Origin: Chiloscyllium plagiosum
Taxonomy: Eukaryota
Length of the DNA stretch: 64,000 nucleotides
Reading direction: 5' to 3'
Assembly (NCBI RefSeq): GCF_004010195.1
Contig: NC_057719.1
Location: forward strand, 80,969,212-81,033,211
Positions 26,392 to 40,539 of this stretch are shown in pieces (position 1 is the stretch's first letter; every line of letters starts with the position of its first letter). The position numbers and the translations under genes were made by a program. The notes beneath the pieces are model-generated. The model saw only the letters and a list, made by a program, of their open reading frames with translations. It ran no database searches and was not told where the DNA came from.

Positions 26392-26959
26392 AGATCCCAG
26401 GTGGATCACATCGCAGGAATAACATGAACCAACAACAACTGTGTCAAATGAAATTAAATTGTGTCTAAGTGAGGAGATTTCCCCAAACCACTTCGATAGG
26501 AGCATAATGTGACAAAGTTGGACGCTGATTCATAAAGGCGCATTAGTGTAGATGATTAAATCAGAGATGGATTTAAAGGAACAACTTTAAAGTACAAGAG
26601 AGGATGAGAGAAATGGAGAGGTTTATGGGGGGATCTTCAGAGTGAGGGCCCAGAGAACAGAAGGTACATTTTCCAACAAGTGAAGCCAAGGAAACCAGGA
26701 ATGCTGAAGAGATCTGAATTTTTCGAGGTCTGTGGGAATGAAGGAGGTTACTAGGAGGGCTAAGGAGACGGAGGGATTTGGAAACGAGGGACGCACCGTG
26801 GAGGAGTTGCTGGACAGGAGCTATTGCAGATCAGTGAGCAAACGGGGAGAAAGTTGTCGGAAAGTTGGTTAGAGAGACTTGGCAAAGTAACCTAGCTAAA
26901 TTGCAAGTACAAATGTTCTTTGTGCTGTTATTGAATCAGACGTTGCTCATAACGGCATT

Positions 26960-27300
26960 CTTAGGCTCAAGTCCCACTCCACAGAATTGATCACAGGATC
27001 CAGTCTGATACCCCCAGGTCAGTACTAAAGGAGAGTGCTCCATCTTTCAAAATGAGACCTTGACAGCATTCTAGGGTAGATGTCAATCATTGCATTACAC
27101 TATTTTGAAGATGATCACGAGTTCTTCCTAGAGTGCTGGCAATATTTCCCCTCAATTAACTCTACGAAAGTGGCCAGTGATCTCACTGTTTTAGGAGCTT
27201 GTTGTGAACAGATTGGTGGTCACTTTCGTATATTACAACATTGACCTGCCTTCAAACCAACTGAAAAACACTTTGGGATGTCCTGAAGTCATTATTGGAA
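26960..27300 (+). mobile_element. Old Deu-domain-like SINE
   Basis: tcaagtcccactcca...gtcagtactaaagg...catctttcaaaatgagac...ctttgggatgtcctga. Related copies at ~33120-33270(-), ~34715-34820(-), ~52675-52930(+), ~58090-58440(-) and ~60300-60480(-). Confidence 0.55.
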
Positions 27301-28704
27301 AAATATGAATCCAAGTCTATTGATACAAAATTTAAACATTTCTTAAATATTGCTGAAGATTTTCATCTTTCATTGGGGAAAATGTAAGGACATCACATTT
27401 TGAACCACCACAACAATTGGAAGGACTGCTGATTACAAAGAAGATGCTGAGTCTCCCGTACAGTGGGGCAATGTGAAGTATGAACTTGATGCCAGTTTGA
27501 TGTCAAATGTACATAGCAGCATTTGGTGCCTGGAACAAACAGAATGCTTCTTCGGTTTATTCTTAATAGGCAGAGTACAGACCGTCATTAACCAGCCCAG
27601 GCTTGCAAAACACAAACACCAACTGTCCAATGGGATTCTGTGATTTGGCAGCACTTACTGAATGATCAAGAGTACGCTAACCGTTACACTAACAGCCAAC
27701 TTAATATAATTAGTTGATCTTGTAAGAGTCCCCAAAAAATACATCCTCAGACTAAAATTCCCGAGGGAATGCAATCATGGACACCACCAATTGAAGAAAC
27801 GTCCCCATAAGGTCATGGACAGATTCAATGAGGAACTGTTTCTTCAGATACAGGCTGGTTCTCTCCCAGATTTGCTGCTGATAGGGCAATTAAGAAAAGA
27901 AGGGGATGAAAGCAAGTGAACTACCAGACTTCTGACCCTAGGTGGAGCTGTCTGTCAAGGTCGGGGAAGGAGGGGGAATGAAAGCAGGGAGCTGAGAAGG
28001 AAGAGGCTGCAAGAAGATTTGAGGCTAAGGCTGCAGTGGGCAAGAGGGGAGAATGAATGAAAGATGTAGGAGACCATGAAAGGTAAAGTTGGGAGGCTGC
28101 AAGGGGGAAATGAAAGATGGAGGCAGCAAAGACTGCATAACTGTAAATAGGGTCAGATACAGGCTGCTTAGGAGGGAGGACAGTTTTAAACCTGTCAGCA
28201 AAGGAATAGTCCACTAAAAGAAAGGAAAACGTGAAATTACAGAGAAATGAACTCCTTTCAATTACAGTTGGAACTTAGGACAGTGAATATTCAGGAGCTA
28301 CGATTTATGGAGTGACGTTATTGTAATGAACACCGTCAATTGTTAAATTTCAATCTGAGATTGAGATCCGCAGTAAAAGTGATTGAAACATATTGATTAA
28401 ATCTTTCAGCTTTGTGCATATACCCCACCACATATGATCTCATCAGCCTGTGGAAGGTGTGGTAAGGGTAATGGTATTTTGTGTGTAGAAGTGTGTTCAT
28501 TTGTTTTGGTAAAAAAAGTCTTTGATGCTTATTTATGTCTGTCGCCTTATGCCGATTTAAACATTGCAGTGCCTAAGAAATGAATGCTTCCATTGTGTTG
28601 TAGCTTTACATTTGCTGGGGGATTGATAATAATTGAGAATATTGATGAGTTCTTCTCATTCTGCCTCTGTGTCAGTTCAAATTCTCCATATGTCAACACA
28701 AGTA

Positions 28705-29348
28705 TGGAAGACAGAATGGTGGAGAATGCATTTGGCACACTTGCCTTCATTGGTCAGAGCATTGAGTACAGAAGTTGGGACATCATGTCATGGCTGTACA
28801 AGACATTGCTGAGGCCACATCTGCACTACTGCGTACAATTCTGGTTGCCCTGCTATAGGAAGGATGTTATTAAACTGAGAGGGGCACAAAAAAGATTTAC
28901 AAGGATGTTACTGTGACAAGAAGGTTTGAGTTATAAGGAGAGGCTGGATAGGGTGAGACTTTTTTTCTCCTGAACATAGGAAGCTTGAGGGGTGATCTTA
29001 TAGAGGTTTATAAAATCTTGAGGGGCATAGATAAGGTGAATGGCCAAGGTCTGTTCCCCAGAGTAGGAGAGTCCAAAACTAGAGGCCATAGGTTTAAGGT
29101 GAGAGGGGAAAGATTTAAAAGGGAACTGAGGGGCAGTCTTTTCACACAGAGGGTGTATGGAATGAGCTGCTAGAGGAAGTGGTGGGGGCTGGTACAATTG
29201 TAACATTTAAAAGGCATCTGGATGGGTATATGAATAGGAAGGGTTTAGAGGGATATGGGCCAAGTGCTGGCAGGTGGGACTAGATTGTGTTGGGATATGG
29301 ACGAGTTGGACCGAAGGGTCTTTTTCTGTGCTCTATGACTCTATGACT
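28705..29348 (+). mobile_element. CR1 3' fragment with (CTCTATGA)n tail
   Basis: LLRPHLHYCVQFW and RGDLIEVYKI motifs; tail ctctatgactctatgact. Confidence 0.92.
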
Positions 29349-31474
29349 AATAAACAATTGAGAATAAAAATCTAGCCTCCAATAACCTAAATAGAGCTCT
29401 CAGAAGAGCTTCATTACACTTACTAGAAGTAAGGTATTTCATATACTTCAAACAAAAGGAATATTTTCAAACATTGTTCTTTTTTTGATTTATCCAAAGG
29501 TTGGGATATCTTAGTACCTTATTGTTCCCTGCATGGCAATACACTATCAACCAAAATCAATCTGCCAACCAATGTACACCCTTTTCTCCTGTAGCGCAAT
29601 CTGTTATGGAATTGTTAGAAATGTGGTATTCTTGCACTTGTCCTGAAAGGTACAAGGTTAAAAAACGTAGCAATTTGGCTCTCTTTTCAATAATATTCAA
29701 CTTCAAGACTTTCTGCCTCTTTAATATAATCATCAAGACAGTTTAAATCGACTTTGGTAACTGCAAACATTAATTGAGTAAAGAAAAATTCTAAAGAACA
29801 GATGCTAACAAGCAGACCAAAACTATTTTACCACCTCATTAATTGAAAGCGCTGAGAGTGAGAGAGGAGGGGATGGTGAGCATTAAATTTTAGTGTTGAA
29901 AACCCTTGAAAAATAAATTGAAAAAGCAATTTACAAATGGTGCTGAGTGCCAGATGGGCCAAAGAAACGGAAAGGAAAAGCACAGATAGGAATTCATCAT
30001 GAAAGACAATGGAATCCATGCTTGAAATTGAATCATACTGTGGAGAACTGAGAGCAAAGAGAAGGAATTAAGATTTGTTCAGCATTAGTTTTGGAGAAAC
30101 ATAAAGGACAGGTTTCAGAGTGTTCAAAAATTAGAGATTAAAGGGGAACAATGATTGATGGAAGGAGATAAACAAGGAATCTAGTTCATGACAGAATGGA
30201 GGGGGAAATAGTAACTGAAGTAAGGCAATGGAACAATATTATTGTTCTGCTTGATATTGTGGATGGCGAGAAATTATTTCCTCTGCTTGGGGATTGAAGA
30301 ATAGGCCAACACAACCGTAAAATCAAAGCTAGGTCACTCAGCGGAGATGTCAAGAAGCAGTCCCTTACACAAAAGGTGAAATTGGGAACACTCTCTTGCA
30401 TGAGAAAAGAAGTTGAGAATTGGAGGGGAAAAGTTGGGATCAATAAGTGATTGAGTAAGTTACTGAGGGCAATGTGAGTAAAGAGAGTTGCCGATCAACA
30501 ATTGGCTAGTCTAGTAGCAGAACTGATTCCAGGCGTTAATGACTTCCTCCTTATCCTATCTACCTTAAAGTTCAGACTGCTTGATGGGGTACAGTTTTAA
30601 CACCGTAAGAACAGCACTTTAATGATAAAGCCCTATCAAAGAGCCAACACAGGCATAAAGGCAGAATGACCTGTTCCTGTACCATTCTATAATTCTATAG
30701 CACAGATGCGTATAAAATGACACTAGTTATGCACATGGGGGAGTAAGAAATAATGAGATATGGTGATAGAGTGGAATGAAATAGAGTGGGAGGAGGTTTA
30801 TGTGGAACTCAAACAATTACATAGACCAATTGAGCTGAATGTGCTGTAAATGTTAAGTAATGGACGTGCAAAGTTGCTATGGTGAGTGTACAATCCACCC
30901 AGCAGCCTCTGTGAATGTATGGGAGGTGATATCAGACACACAAGGGGTTGTACAGAAGATGACTTTTTATTTGGCTGTTGTACATTATACAAATTTAAGA
31001 GTTTGCAGTAAGACAGACAATAAATAAGGTAACAGATGGAACTGAAACTTCCTTTCTTACTGCTGCAGATGTCCAAGAGCTGTCAGAAAGATACACATTT
31101 TATTCCTATTTTTGAGATGTGAACATCACTAATGAGTTCAGCATTTATTGACAAGTCCTAGTTGTCAATGAGAAGGTGGGGATAGGCAGGTTAAGGATTT
31201 TCATGACACAACAATGAAGAACATGAGTTTCATGGTAAGTAAGAATGATAGAAATGCTTCTCATTCTTGTTTTCAAATCCCTCCACTGCCTCAGCCCTCT
31301 GTGTCTCTGTAATCTCCTCCAGCCCCACCGTCCTCCAAGATATCTGCACATTATCCACCTCTTGAATAGTCTCACCATATGTAGCCGTGTTTCAGTTGCC
31401 TAGGCCCTAAAGCTTTGGAATTCTCTTCCAACGCCTCTCTGCCTCACATTCCTCCCTTAAGAGACTCTTTAAAA

Positions 31475-31795
31475 CTGGTGGCACAGTCGCTCACTAATTA
31501 GCACTGCTGCCTCGCAGCACCAGGAATCCGGGTTCAATTCCAGCCTCGGGCGACTGCCTGTGTAGAGTTTGCACATTCTCCCCGCGTCTGCCTGGGTCTC
31601 CTCCCACAATCCGAAGATGAGTAGTGTTAGGTGAATTGGCCATGGGAAATTACCCATAATGTTCAGGGATATGTAGGTTAGTCAGGGGTAAATATAGGAT
31701 AATAGGGTAGGGGAATGGGTCTGGATGGGTTACTCTCTGAAGGGTTGGTGTGGACTTGTTGGGCCGAAGGGCCTGTTTTCACGCAGTAGGAATTC
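31475..31795 (+). mobile_element. HE1-type SINE
   Basis: tRNA head with B-box ggttcaattcc, V-domain and CR1-like tail. Confidence 0.88.
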
Positions 31796-32084
31796 TTCTG
31801 CGTTTGGTCACCCTCTGATCATCTGATTATATATAATCTGAAAGTCTAAAATGTCCTCGTGGAATTTGATGTCATGCTTTACATCACAATGCTCTACTGA
31901 CGTGCCCTGTGATTTTTTATTATGTTAAAGGCACTGTATATAAGTATAGATTTTAGTTGCCTTTCCACATTGAAATTAGAGCCAAACTCTTATACTCTGC
32001 TGATCTCAAAGCAACATGAGTTCTCAAAGATCTGAGTGCAGACTTGAGTAATGGTCATTCCTGTGCGTAAGTCGACATTTGACG

Positions 32085-32365
32085 ATAATAGAACATAGAA
32101 CGTATAAAAGTACCGTGCAGAACAGGCCCTTTGGCCCACAATGTTGTGCCGAGATTTAATCCTAATGTAAAATATAGTAACTTAACCTACGCACCCCTCA
32201 TCTCACCGCTATCCATGTGCATGTCCAGCAGTTGCTTAAATGTCCCCAATGACTCTGCTTCCACCACCACAGCTGGCAACGCATCCCATGCATTCACAAC
32301 TCTCTGTGTAAAGAACCTACCTCTGACGTCTCCTTTATACCTTCCTCCTAATATCTTCAAATCCT
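32085..32365 (-). mobile_element. CR1 3' end
   Basis: Reverse complement resembles 8040-8305. Confidence 0.85.
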
Positions 32366-33354
32366 AATAATCTCCAGACTCTTAGTATTTATTATCCCTT
32401 CACTGCTGAAATCAATATTGTCCCAGTGCAAACCTCCTTAACATTAAAAACAGGAACACAGAAAGTAGGGGCAGGTGTAGGCTATTCGGCCCTTTGAGTC
32501 TGCACTGCCATTTAAAATGACCTTAGCTGATCTTGGGTTACTTAATAAAATCAGGGAATTGCCAACTAATGAATGCAGTGGTTCAACTTATGTCTGCGCA
32601 TGTTAAATATGTGGTGTTCAGGCTGGTTTGCTGGGGCTGCTGTCTCCACAGACAGCACTGCTCCCTTGCAACAGCATCGATCCGTCTGATATAGAGTCTG
32701 GGAGTGAGATGTCTTACCGCAATCCTCAGGCTGCTCTTATTCAGCTGGACTGTCCCTGTGGCTTCTCTTTCTCTGCCTTATTTAAGATTATTGTTTGACT
32801 CCCCAGTAAACTCCCAACATTCTAAAATACAAAATACTTTTGGATAAAAATGTAGTCTCAGAAACTCGACCTTTACATGAGTGTGCATGTAAAGTCCTCA
32901 AAACGAATCAGACCTGAGCTTTCAAATACATCTAGAATTATCTGATTTATTTCAGATTGGAAGCCTCCCCTGTATTTTGTTATTTGTATATAATCCATGG
33001 TAAAGTGAGAATTCTGATAGGGTTTGCCCACGGGATACAATGAGCAGCATCATAGCGCCCTCTGTTGTTGGTCTATATCTCATCATCTTTCTCCTCTGAT
33101 GTTCTGTTCATGATATTGGTGAGGAATACTATTGGCCAGGGCATTGGAGAGATTTCAATGTTCTGGAGATAATTGAGATGTTCAATTGTACCATGGAATC
33201 TTTTATGTTCATCTGACAGAATTAATTAGGCCTCAGTTTAAAATGACAGCAACTCTGATAGTGCAATGGTCCCACAGTTACTGCAGTGACGTGTTATTCT
33301 ATGGTATGGTGTTCGAGACTCAGAACAGAGTTTAGCTCCACTAGTCTTTGAACT

Positions 33355-33665
33355 TAGAATCTCTACAGTGTGAAAGCAGGCCATTCGACCCATTAAGTCC
33401 ACACTGACCCTCCGAAGAGCGGTCAACCCAGACTTATCCCCTTACCCTATCCCTGTACTTCTCATGTCTAATCCAGCTAGCCTGTACACAATGGGTACTT
33501 TGGCATGGTCAATCCACCCATCCTGCACATCTTTGGACAGTGGGGGGGGGGGGGAAACTGGAGCACCTGGATGAAACCCACGCAGATATGAGGAGAATGG
33601 GCAAAGTCCATATAGACAGTTGCCCGAGGCTGGAATTGAATCTGGGTCCCTGGCACCGTGAGGCT
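33355..33665 (-). mobile_element. HE1-type SINE
   Basis: Family match, with a G13 run. Confidence 0.82.
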
Positions 33666-35184
33666 GCCCTTTCAAAGTGATCAAAGTGATAATTAAGTCA
33701 AGATGGTACAAACTTATCTGTCACAGAAACAGAGACTCGCCATCGTGCTTGCCTGTGTATATCCAGAAATGTTGGAGTTGCACCTAAATATGAATTAAAC
33801 ACCACCAAACAACGGTTGAGGGGAACAATTCATGACCCTGTTCATTTTATGATCTTGGCGTGAAACTCAATTTTGTAAGATTGAGCACGGGAAAAAGCGA
33901 GACTGTGGACTCTCACTTCCACAAGCAGGAAACTGCTCCTGGACGTCTTATCACAATTTTTTTTCTTTTCAATTCTGTTATTATTTTGTTTTTCTCTCTC
34001 ACCTTTTCTTAATTAAATCCTTTTGTATCTCTCTTTCTAGATTCCTAACATACTTGTTCCTTCACCATCAGTCATTCTGCATCGCTCTACATGCTCACTG
34101 GTTAAGAAATTACTGCAGTTGCTTCATGGGGCCATTGACGTTGAGCTGGAAACAATGGAATGAAATGCTGATTTCAATAATCAGCAGGAGAGACCAAGAT
34201 CTAGTAGCATAGATGCTGCCAGTTCTGTGTAGCTAGCTGAGCACTGGGCAATAACTTATGATCTTTGGCATTTACATTCCAGTAGCTGTGCACATATTAA
34301 ATAAGTACACTTCTCAGAAGGTCAGTGTTTCTGTTCATTTCAACTGTTCGAACTCAAGAATAACAATAAGTTGTTGGCAGGTAAACCGCTTTTCTTAAAA
34401 TGAGCTAATAAATCTTCAGCAACGCTCTTACCTATAAGGTGGATGGTATGACACTTCTGTAGTGACGGAGACAGCATTGAGGCTTAAATAATAAGGGAGA
34501 ATTTGGCTTTTTAAAGCACCTTTCAACACTTTCCAAAGCAACTGAGAGTAAATAAAGAATTTTTGAAGTGTGGTCACTGTGCTTTTCCAGCACCACACTC
34601 TCAACAGGAAACACAGCAGCCAATATGTGTATAAGCCAACAAGGCTCAATTGTCACATCAGATCTCACAAACACCAAACTGTCACCACTGTGATAATGAT
34701 AATGCTGATTAAGGGCTAAATATTGGTCAGGGCACCAGGAAGAATGCCCCTGCTCCTATTCAACTAGTGCTAGGGGATATTTTACTTGACAGGGCGCACG
34801 GGCATCAGGTTAACAGCTTCCACAAATTCAACCCAGATTCTGTGCACGTTTTCCAGAGTTTGATTCTGCGATGTCCCAACTCAGAGGTGAGAATGCTAAA
34901 TATGAGTCCACAGCTGGTAGACACATATAAAAGTCATGGACGCCTGTTGGCAGGAATCAGGTTTGTTCCAGTCAGTTGTAGGATCCTGCCTGTTCTAATC
35001 TGCCCACAAGATACCTTCAACTTGACCTTCAAAGAAGACCCATAATTGATGTCAGCGAGACCTCTTCCTACTCCAGACATCACTGTAATTCTTGCAAGTG
35101 AGATTGACGATAGCCAATAAGTGCAAATGTGCTCCATACTAAAGTCTAGAAATGGAGGAACTGTCTCATGAGCAAAGTCTGAAC

Positions 35185-35575
35185 GGGTGTGGACTCTACG
35201 CACTAGAGTTTTAAAAAATGAGAGGTAATCTCATTGAAATGTGTCGCATTCTTAAGGGGTTTAATGCTGAGAGCGTGCCCCCCCGCCATGGGAGAGTCTA
35301 GGATCAGAGAGTATTGTCTTTTAAGAGTGAGATGTGGAGGAATTTCTTCTCTCAGAGGATGAAGAATCTTTGGAACTCTTTGCCACAGAGAGCTGTGGGA
35401 GCAGAGTGCTTGTGTATATTGAAGGCTAAAATGGATTCTTGATCAGTAGTGGAATCAAGGGTTATGGAGAAAGGACAGGGAAGTGGACTTGAGGAATGAT
35501 GGATCAGCCATGGTCCTAGTGAATGGGGAGAGCAGGTTCAAGGGGCCGAATGGTCTACTCCTGTCCCTATTTCTT
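35185..35575 (+). mobile_element. CR1 3' fragment
   Basis: ttcttctctcagagg...ctttgccacagagagctg and CR1 3' UTR. Confidence 0.75.
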
Positions 35576-36637
35576 AAGGTCTTTCTGTTTGTAGATCCAT
35601 TCCCAACTATCAACTGGCCCGAGAAAATCATTTTGTATAGTAGTTGTGAAGTAAATAGACATGAGGTTTCCAATCTGTCAGCCTGGGTTGAATTTAGACC
35701 AAGATCCCAGAGTTGATAAGTTACTCTGACCCTCCCTACAGCTCAATCCTTCCACTCTGTCCACAAAGAGTGTTTGGCAAAGGTTTCATTGGATTTGTTT
35801 CTAAGCTGGAAGTTACATCAGGGCACTTCACTGCACCATTGTATTGACAACATGATGAAACTGACACAAGGTTCTTCCCCACAGCAAGCAGTGGAAGATT
35901 TAACAAATGCTTCGTGCACTGAGACAAGAGCCTCTTTAAATAAATGACAGTCATTCATTTGGAACATACATGATTTATAAGCAGGGAATAATTAACACAG
36001 TGCTTGGAGCCAATGTTCCCAGTTACTGCCTAAAATGAGTCATCGTTTTCATAAATATTTTTCATAATCCTACCAAAACTGACAGGCTCACAAAATTAAT
36101 CCTCTCAGATTGCCTAGATACACAAAGTCATTTGATATATTACTGGGTTGGAAAAGGAAGGCAAAGTAGTATCTAAATTCATGATATCTAATTTGTGTAA
36201 CACGCATCACAAATTTAAATAATTGCACATTGCAGTTTTATCCCCAACAGCTTTTTCCATTGGTCTATGCAATTGTCCTAACATTAAAGAAAAACAGAGA
36301 AACTATTTCTAAATAGCCTTTCATGGCACTTTTAATATCCCAACACACTTCATGGGAGCTATTACGAAATGAAATTTGACACTGAACCACAGAAAAACAT
36401 ACAGGTATTAGCACAGGTGACGAATAAAAAGAGGTTTAAGGGTCTTAAATGAGGACAGAAATGTACTGATGGAATTAAAGAGCTTACAGGGTATGAGTTC
36501 AAGTCTGATCAGGGTACCTTTGGAAACTGAATGGCATAAAGTTTGTAATTTTAGGGTGAGTATGAGTAAAAGTGACCGTGCCAGGTGGTTGTAGAACCCA
36601 AAAATGTTCACTGGCATCTGAATAACTCTGCAGAGGC

Positions 36638-36834
36638 TGTTATTCCATCGCCCAGGTCACCCTTTGTTTACATGTGCATGGTTACTGACCAAGTATCTCA
36701 GAGCCAGTCCCTAGAGTGAGGCTCCTGTTTAGACCTGTCAGCCAGGGCTCCCTGATTAGCCTAGTGTAACAGCCCCAATCAGAGATCAAATACTCAATGA
36801 GATCCATTAGGCCCACCTTGTTCCAATCACTACA
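36638..36834 (-). mobile_element. Possible solo LTR
   Basis: About 200 bp bounded by TG...CA; resembles a recalled shark LTR type. No internal domain, and no TSD confirmed. Confidence 0.4.
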
Positions 36835-38449
36835 AATCCTTTAGGCAAGAGAACATAGGAGCAGACATAGAGTATTCCGCGCCTCGGAACTGTTATGCCA
36901 TTCAACAAATAAAGAAGGACCTTGGGAAAACCTTTAGACAAAGCCATGATAGCAGTGTGGGAATCGTAATGCATAATTAACCCATACCCTTCTATGGGTT
37001 AATGCAGACAACACACTAACTTTGTGCTCCTCACTAATTTAAAGTGGAAGGTGATGCATTTTAGAAGCAGGAATCAGGATAGGGAGTAAGTTGTTAATGA
37101 CACGATTCAAAAGAGTGTGCAACAGCAATGAACCCTGGGGATACATGTGCATTGATCTTTGAAAGTGACACGACATATTGAGAGAGTGATTAAGCTTTGG
37201 AACTTGGACTGCCGAAGAATATGAAGGGAAAGTGAGAACAAGGTTCTGAGTTGGATGATCAGACATGACTGTATGAGGGAGCAGGCTCAAAGGGCTGAAA
37301 GGCCTATTCCTGCATCTACTTTCTATGTTTCTATGAGTCTGCTCTGCCATTTTAAGTGACTATGGCTGACCTGACGACCATCAGCTCCACATTCCTGCTT
37401 TTTCCCTCTAACCCTTGATTCCCTTACTGATAAAATATCTACCTCAGCCTTGAATATATTTAATTATCCCACTTCAACAGCACTCTGTTGAATTACACAG
37501 ACTCACTGCACTCAGACAGAAGAAATTCCTCATAGTTCCTGTTGTTCTGTTTCCAAAACTTGACTGTTTGATCTTACATGTTTGTCACTCTGTGTAGCCT
37601 TGAAGGTAACAATGATACGTAGCTTCGCACACAAAGGATGTACCATGGGTTGACTCTGTGTTGAGAACCTTTTGAGGCATCTGGAAGCAAGAGGAACAGA
37701 GAATAAACAGGGTACTGGATCCTGCTGACACCATTACTCCTTGTCTTGCAACATCCCTATTCTTGCCCTGGTGTTTGAGTCCAAAAGCATTGGTCTCAAC
37801 GAGTTGGTCAGCAACGCCTGGACAGAGAGGTGCACAGCAACAAGGAAGCCACGAGGGATTAGGGATCCTATAGGCTTGTATCGATCCGATAGACCCTAAT
37901 TTTCCAAATTGCCTTCTCAGTAGCCCTTCCCCATAACTCCCCATGGGCTTAGCACCTCCCAGGGTCCCTACCCATACTGTCTCGTGAGTCTGCTTCTGCC
38001 CACTGTTCCCTGCCAATCCTTGGGCACATGAAGTGATTTGTCAGGTGTGATCATGGGCTACTCCCTCTTTGAAGTCACTACCTAATTGCACCAAAATTGC
38101 TCTTGCTTGTGACGTAAAGGGAAGTGAATGAGAGTTGAGACACAAAATGAAGTGTAAGGACAAACACAATGTTCTATAGGCTTTGCTGCAAGGTCAATTT
38201 AGTAAGAATTCTCCACACAAGAAGGCTTATTGCCCATGACCTAGCAGCTCAAACAATGGAAGTATTGATTGCCATTCTGTTGAGAATTGTAATGAGGCAA
38301 TAGCAGAATGTATAATGATATTATAATGATATCAATGTCACATTATTGTGGAGCAAGATCTGGAAGACGGCAGAAACTAGGCTCAAAAAGCAGTACACGG
38401 GATAAAAGAGAGTGATTTCTAATTTCCTTGAATACATGGTTACCGCGAA

Positions 38450-38640
38450 CTGAAACAAACAAAAACGGAAAGTGCTGGAGAAACACAGCAGGTCTGGCGG
38501 CATCTGTGAAGAGCGAAAAAGAGTTAACATTTCAAGTCCCGTGAATCCTTCTTCAGAACTGGACTTCAAATGCAAACTCGGTTTCCTCTTCAGAGGTGCT
38601 GACAGATCTGCTGAGTTTCTCCAGCAACTTCTGTTCTTGT
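38450..38640. mobile_element. Fold-back PLE-derived element with degraded HHR at its apex
   Basis: gctggagaaacacagcaggtctg inverted to cagatctgctgagtttctccagc. Confidence 0.7.
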
Positions 38641-39434
38641 TGTGAACTGGTCTTGCACACAATTGTGAATGTATTTGGGGAGAGAGAGCAAAGGACCTGA
38701 GCAAAGGACATGAAAGTGAGAGTTAAAAGTGTTCCAAATGGTGAAGGCTATTGGCAAGACTGATAAGGACCAAATTGTTTCCAGTGACAGGAAAGCCAGT
38801 AACCGGAAGGTACAACTTTAAGGTAATTCATAATAGAGACAGAATGGAGATGAGAAACGGTATATGTTTCCACACAGGCAGTTGTTACAATTTGAAATTC
38901 ACTACTTGAGGGGTTGGTCGAACCAGATTAAATAAATGGGAACTAGATGAATACATGAAAAGGGGAATAAATGCAGGGTAATGAAGAAGGAACAGAGGAG
39001 TGGGACTAATTGGAAATGCTCAAAGTGCAGAGCAGGCACAAAGGGCCAAGTAGTATTTTTCCGTTGTGTTAAATTTGTCACTACCTCTTTATTTTTCCAT
39101 TTTCTCAGTGAAGCCCTATTTCCAAGTCATGATAGCAAGAGAGACACCCAAGGGCATAAAGATGTGAGCTTATGTAAAAAGTCCATCAAAGGATTTAATT
39201 TTTTTTTAACAAAGGGTCTGAGATTCCAGAGTTTTTCTTTACTTCCTACCCAAGAAATGAATTATAACTATAATATAACGCTATAATTTTCATGTTGCTT
39301 CCATGTGAAGTGCTTATATTATTTGATTCATGGTTGCAACTTGAGTAATGGTGTTTTCTCATCTGCAAAGAGATTATAGACACACACTGTACATTCTATA
39401 TGAAGTCTGATTATTAGGAGTGTAGTAAATATGG

Positions 39435-40316
39435 TCAAAGTTTGTGAGAAGATTTGTAGCTCGGGTGCTCGTTGTTGTGGTTCTGTTCGCCAAGCTGGGA
39501 ATTTGTGTTGCAGACGTTTCGTCCCCTGTCTAGGTGACATCCTCAGTGCTTGGGAGCCTCCTGTGAAGCGCTTCTGTGAAGTTCCCTCTGGCATTTATAG
39601 TGGTTTGAATCTGCCGCTTCCGGTTGTCAGTTCCAGCTGTCCGATGCAGTGGCCGGTATATTGGGTCCAGGTCGATGTGTTTGTTGATTGAATCTGTGGA
39701 TGTGTGCCATGCCTCTCGGAATTCCCTGGCTGTTCTCTGTTTGGCTTATCTGATAATAGTAGTGTTGTCCCAGTCGAATTCATGTTGCTTGTCATCTGCG
39801 TGTGTGGCTACTAAGGATAGCTGGTCATGTCGTTTCGTGGCTAGTTGGTGTTCTTGGATACGGATCGTTAGATGTCTTCCTGATTGTCCTATGTAGTGTT
39901 TTGTGCAGTCGTTGCATGGGATTTTGTACACTACGTTGGTTTTGCTCATGCTGGGAATCGGGTCCTTAGTTCTGGTGAGTTGTTGTCTGAGAGTGGTTGT
40001 TGGTTTGTGTGCCGTTATGAGTCCTAGTGGTCGCAGTAGTCTGGCTGTCAGTTCGGAAATGCTCCTGATGTATGGTAGTGTGGCTAGTCCTTTTGGTTGT
40101 GGTATGTCCTCGTTCCGTTGTCTTTCCCTTAGGCATCTGTTGATGAAATTGCGGGGGTATCCGTTTTTAGTGAATACATTGTATAGGTGTTCTTCTTCCT
40201 CTTTTTGCAGTTCTGGTGTGCTGCAGTGTGTTGTGGCCCTTTTGAATAGTGTCTTGATGCAACTTCTTTTGTGTGTGTTGGGGTGGTTGCTTTCGTAATT
40301 CCCAGCTCGGCGAACA
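39435..40316 (-). mobile_element. 5'-truncated Penelope-like retrotransposon (RT thumb, GIY-YIG endonuclease, pLTR)
   Basis: NYESNHPNTHKRSCIKTLFKRA...NGYP and NVVYKIPCNDCTKHYIGQSGR; premature TAA near 39746; 13-bp TSD GTAGTAAATATGG (39422-39434 and 40317-40329). Confidence 0.93.
39510..39549 (-). ncRNA. Minimal hammerhead ribozyme in PLE pLTR
   Basis: GCA-CUGAGGA-U-GUC(ACCUAGACAGGG)GAC-GAAAC-GUC-UGC. Confidence 0.75.
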
Positions 40317-40539
40317 GTAGTAAATATGGGCTACATAGATTTTAACTTGCATCATCTAGCTGTTATACCTGAGACCTTACATGATCTAAAATGGTTTTTT
40401 AAAAAAAAGTAGAAACATAAATGGCTGCAGTAGTCATCTGAACACTGTTTGACACAGGTGTTCTGAGATATACGTGGGATAAATGAATGACCTATGTTGT
40501 CATTTCCATTTTATCCAAAGACACTAAATTCAGGCTAGG

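Noticed and set aside
33955..34040. Very long polypyrimidine tract ending in TAG
   Set aside because: No matching donor or ORF found; looks like low-complexity or old repeat sequence.
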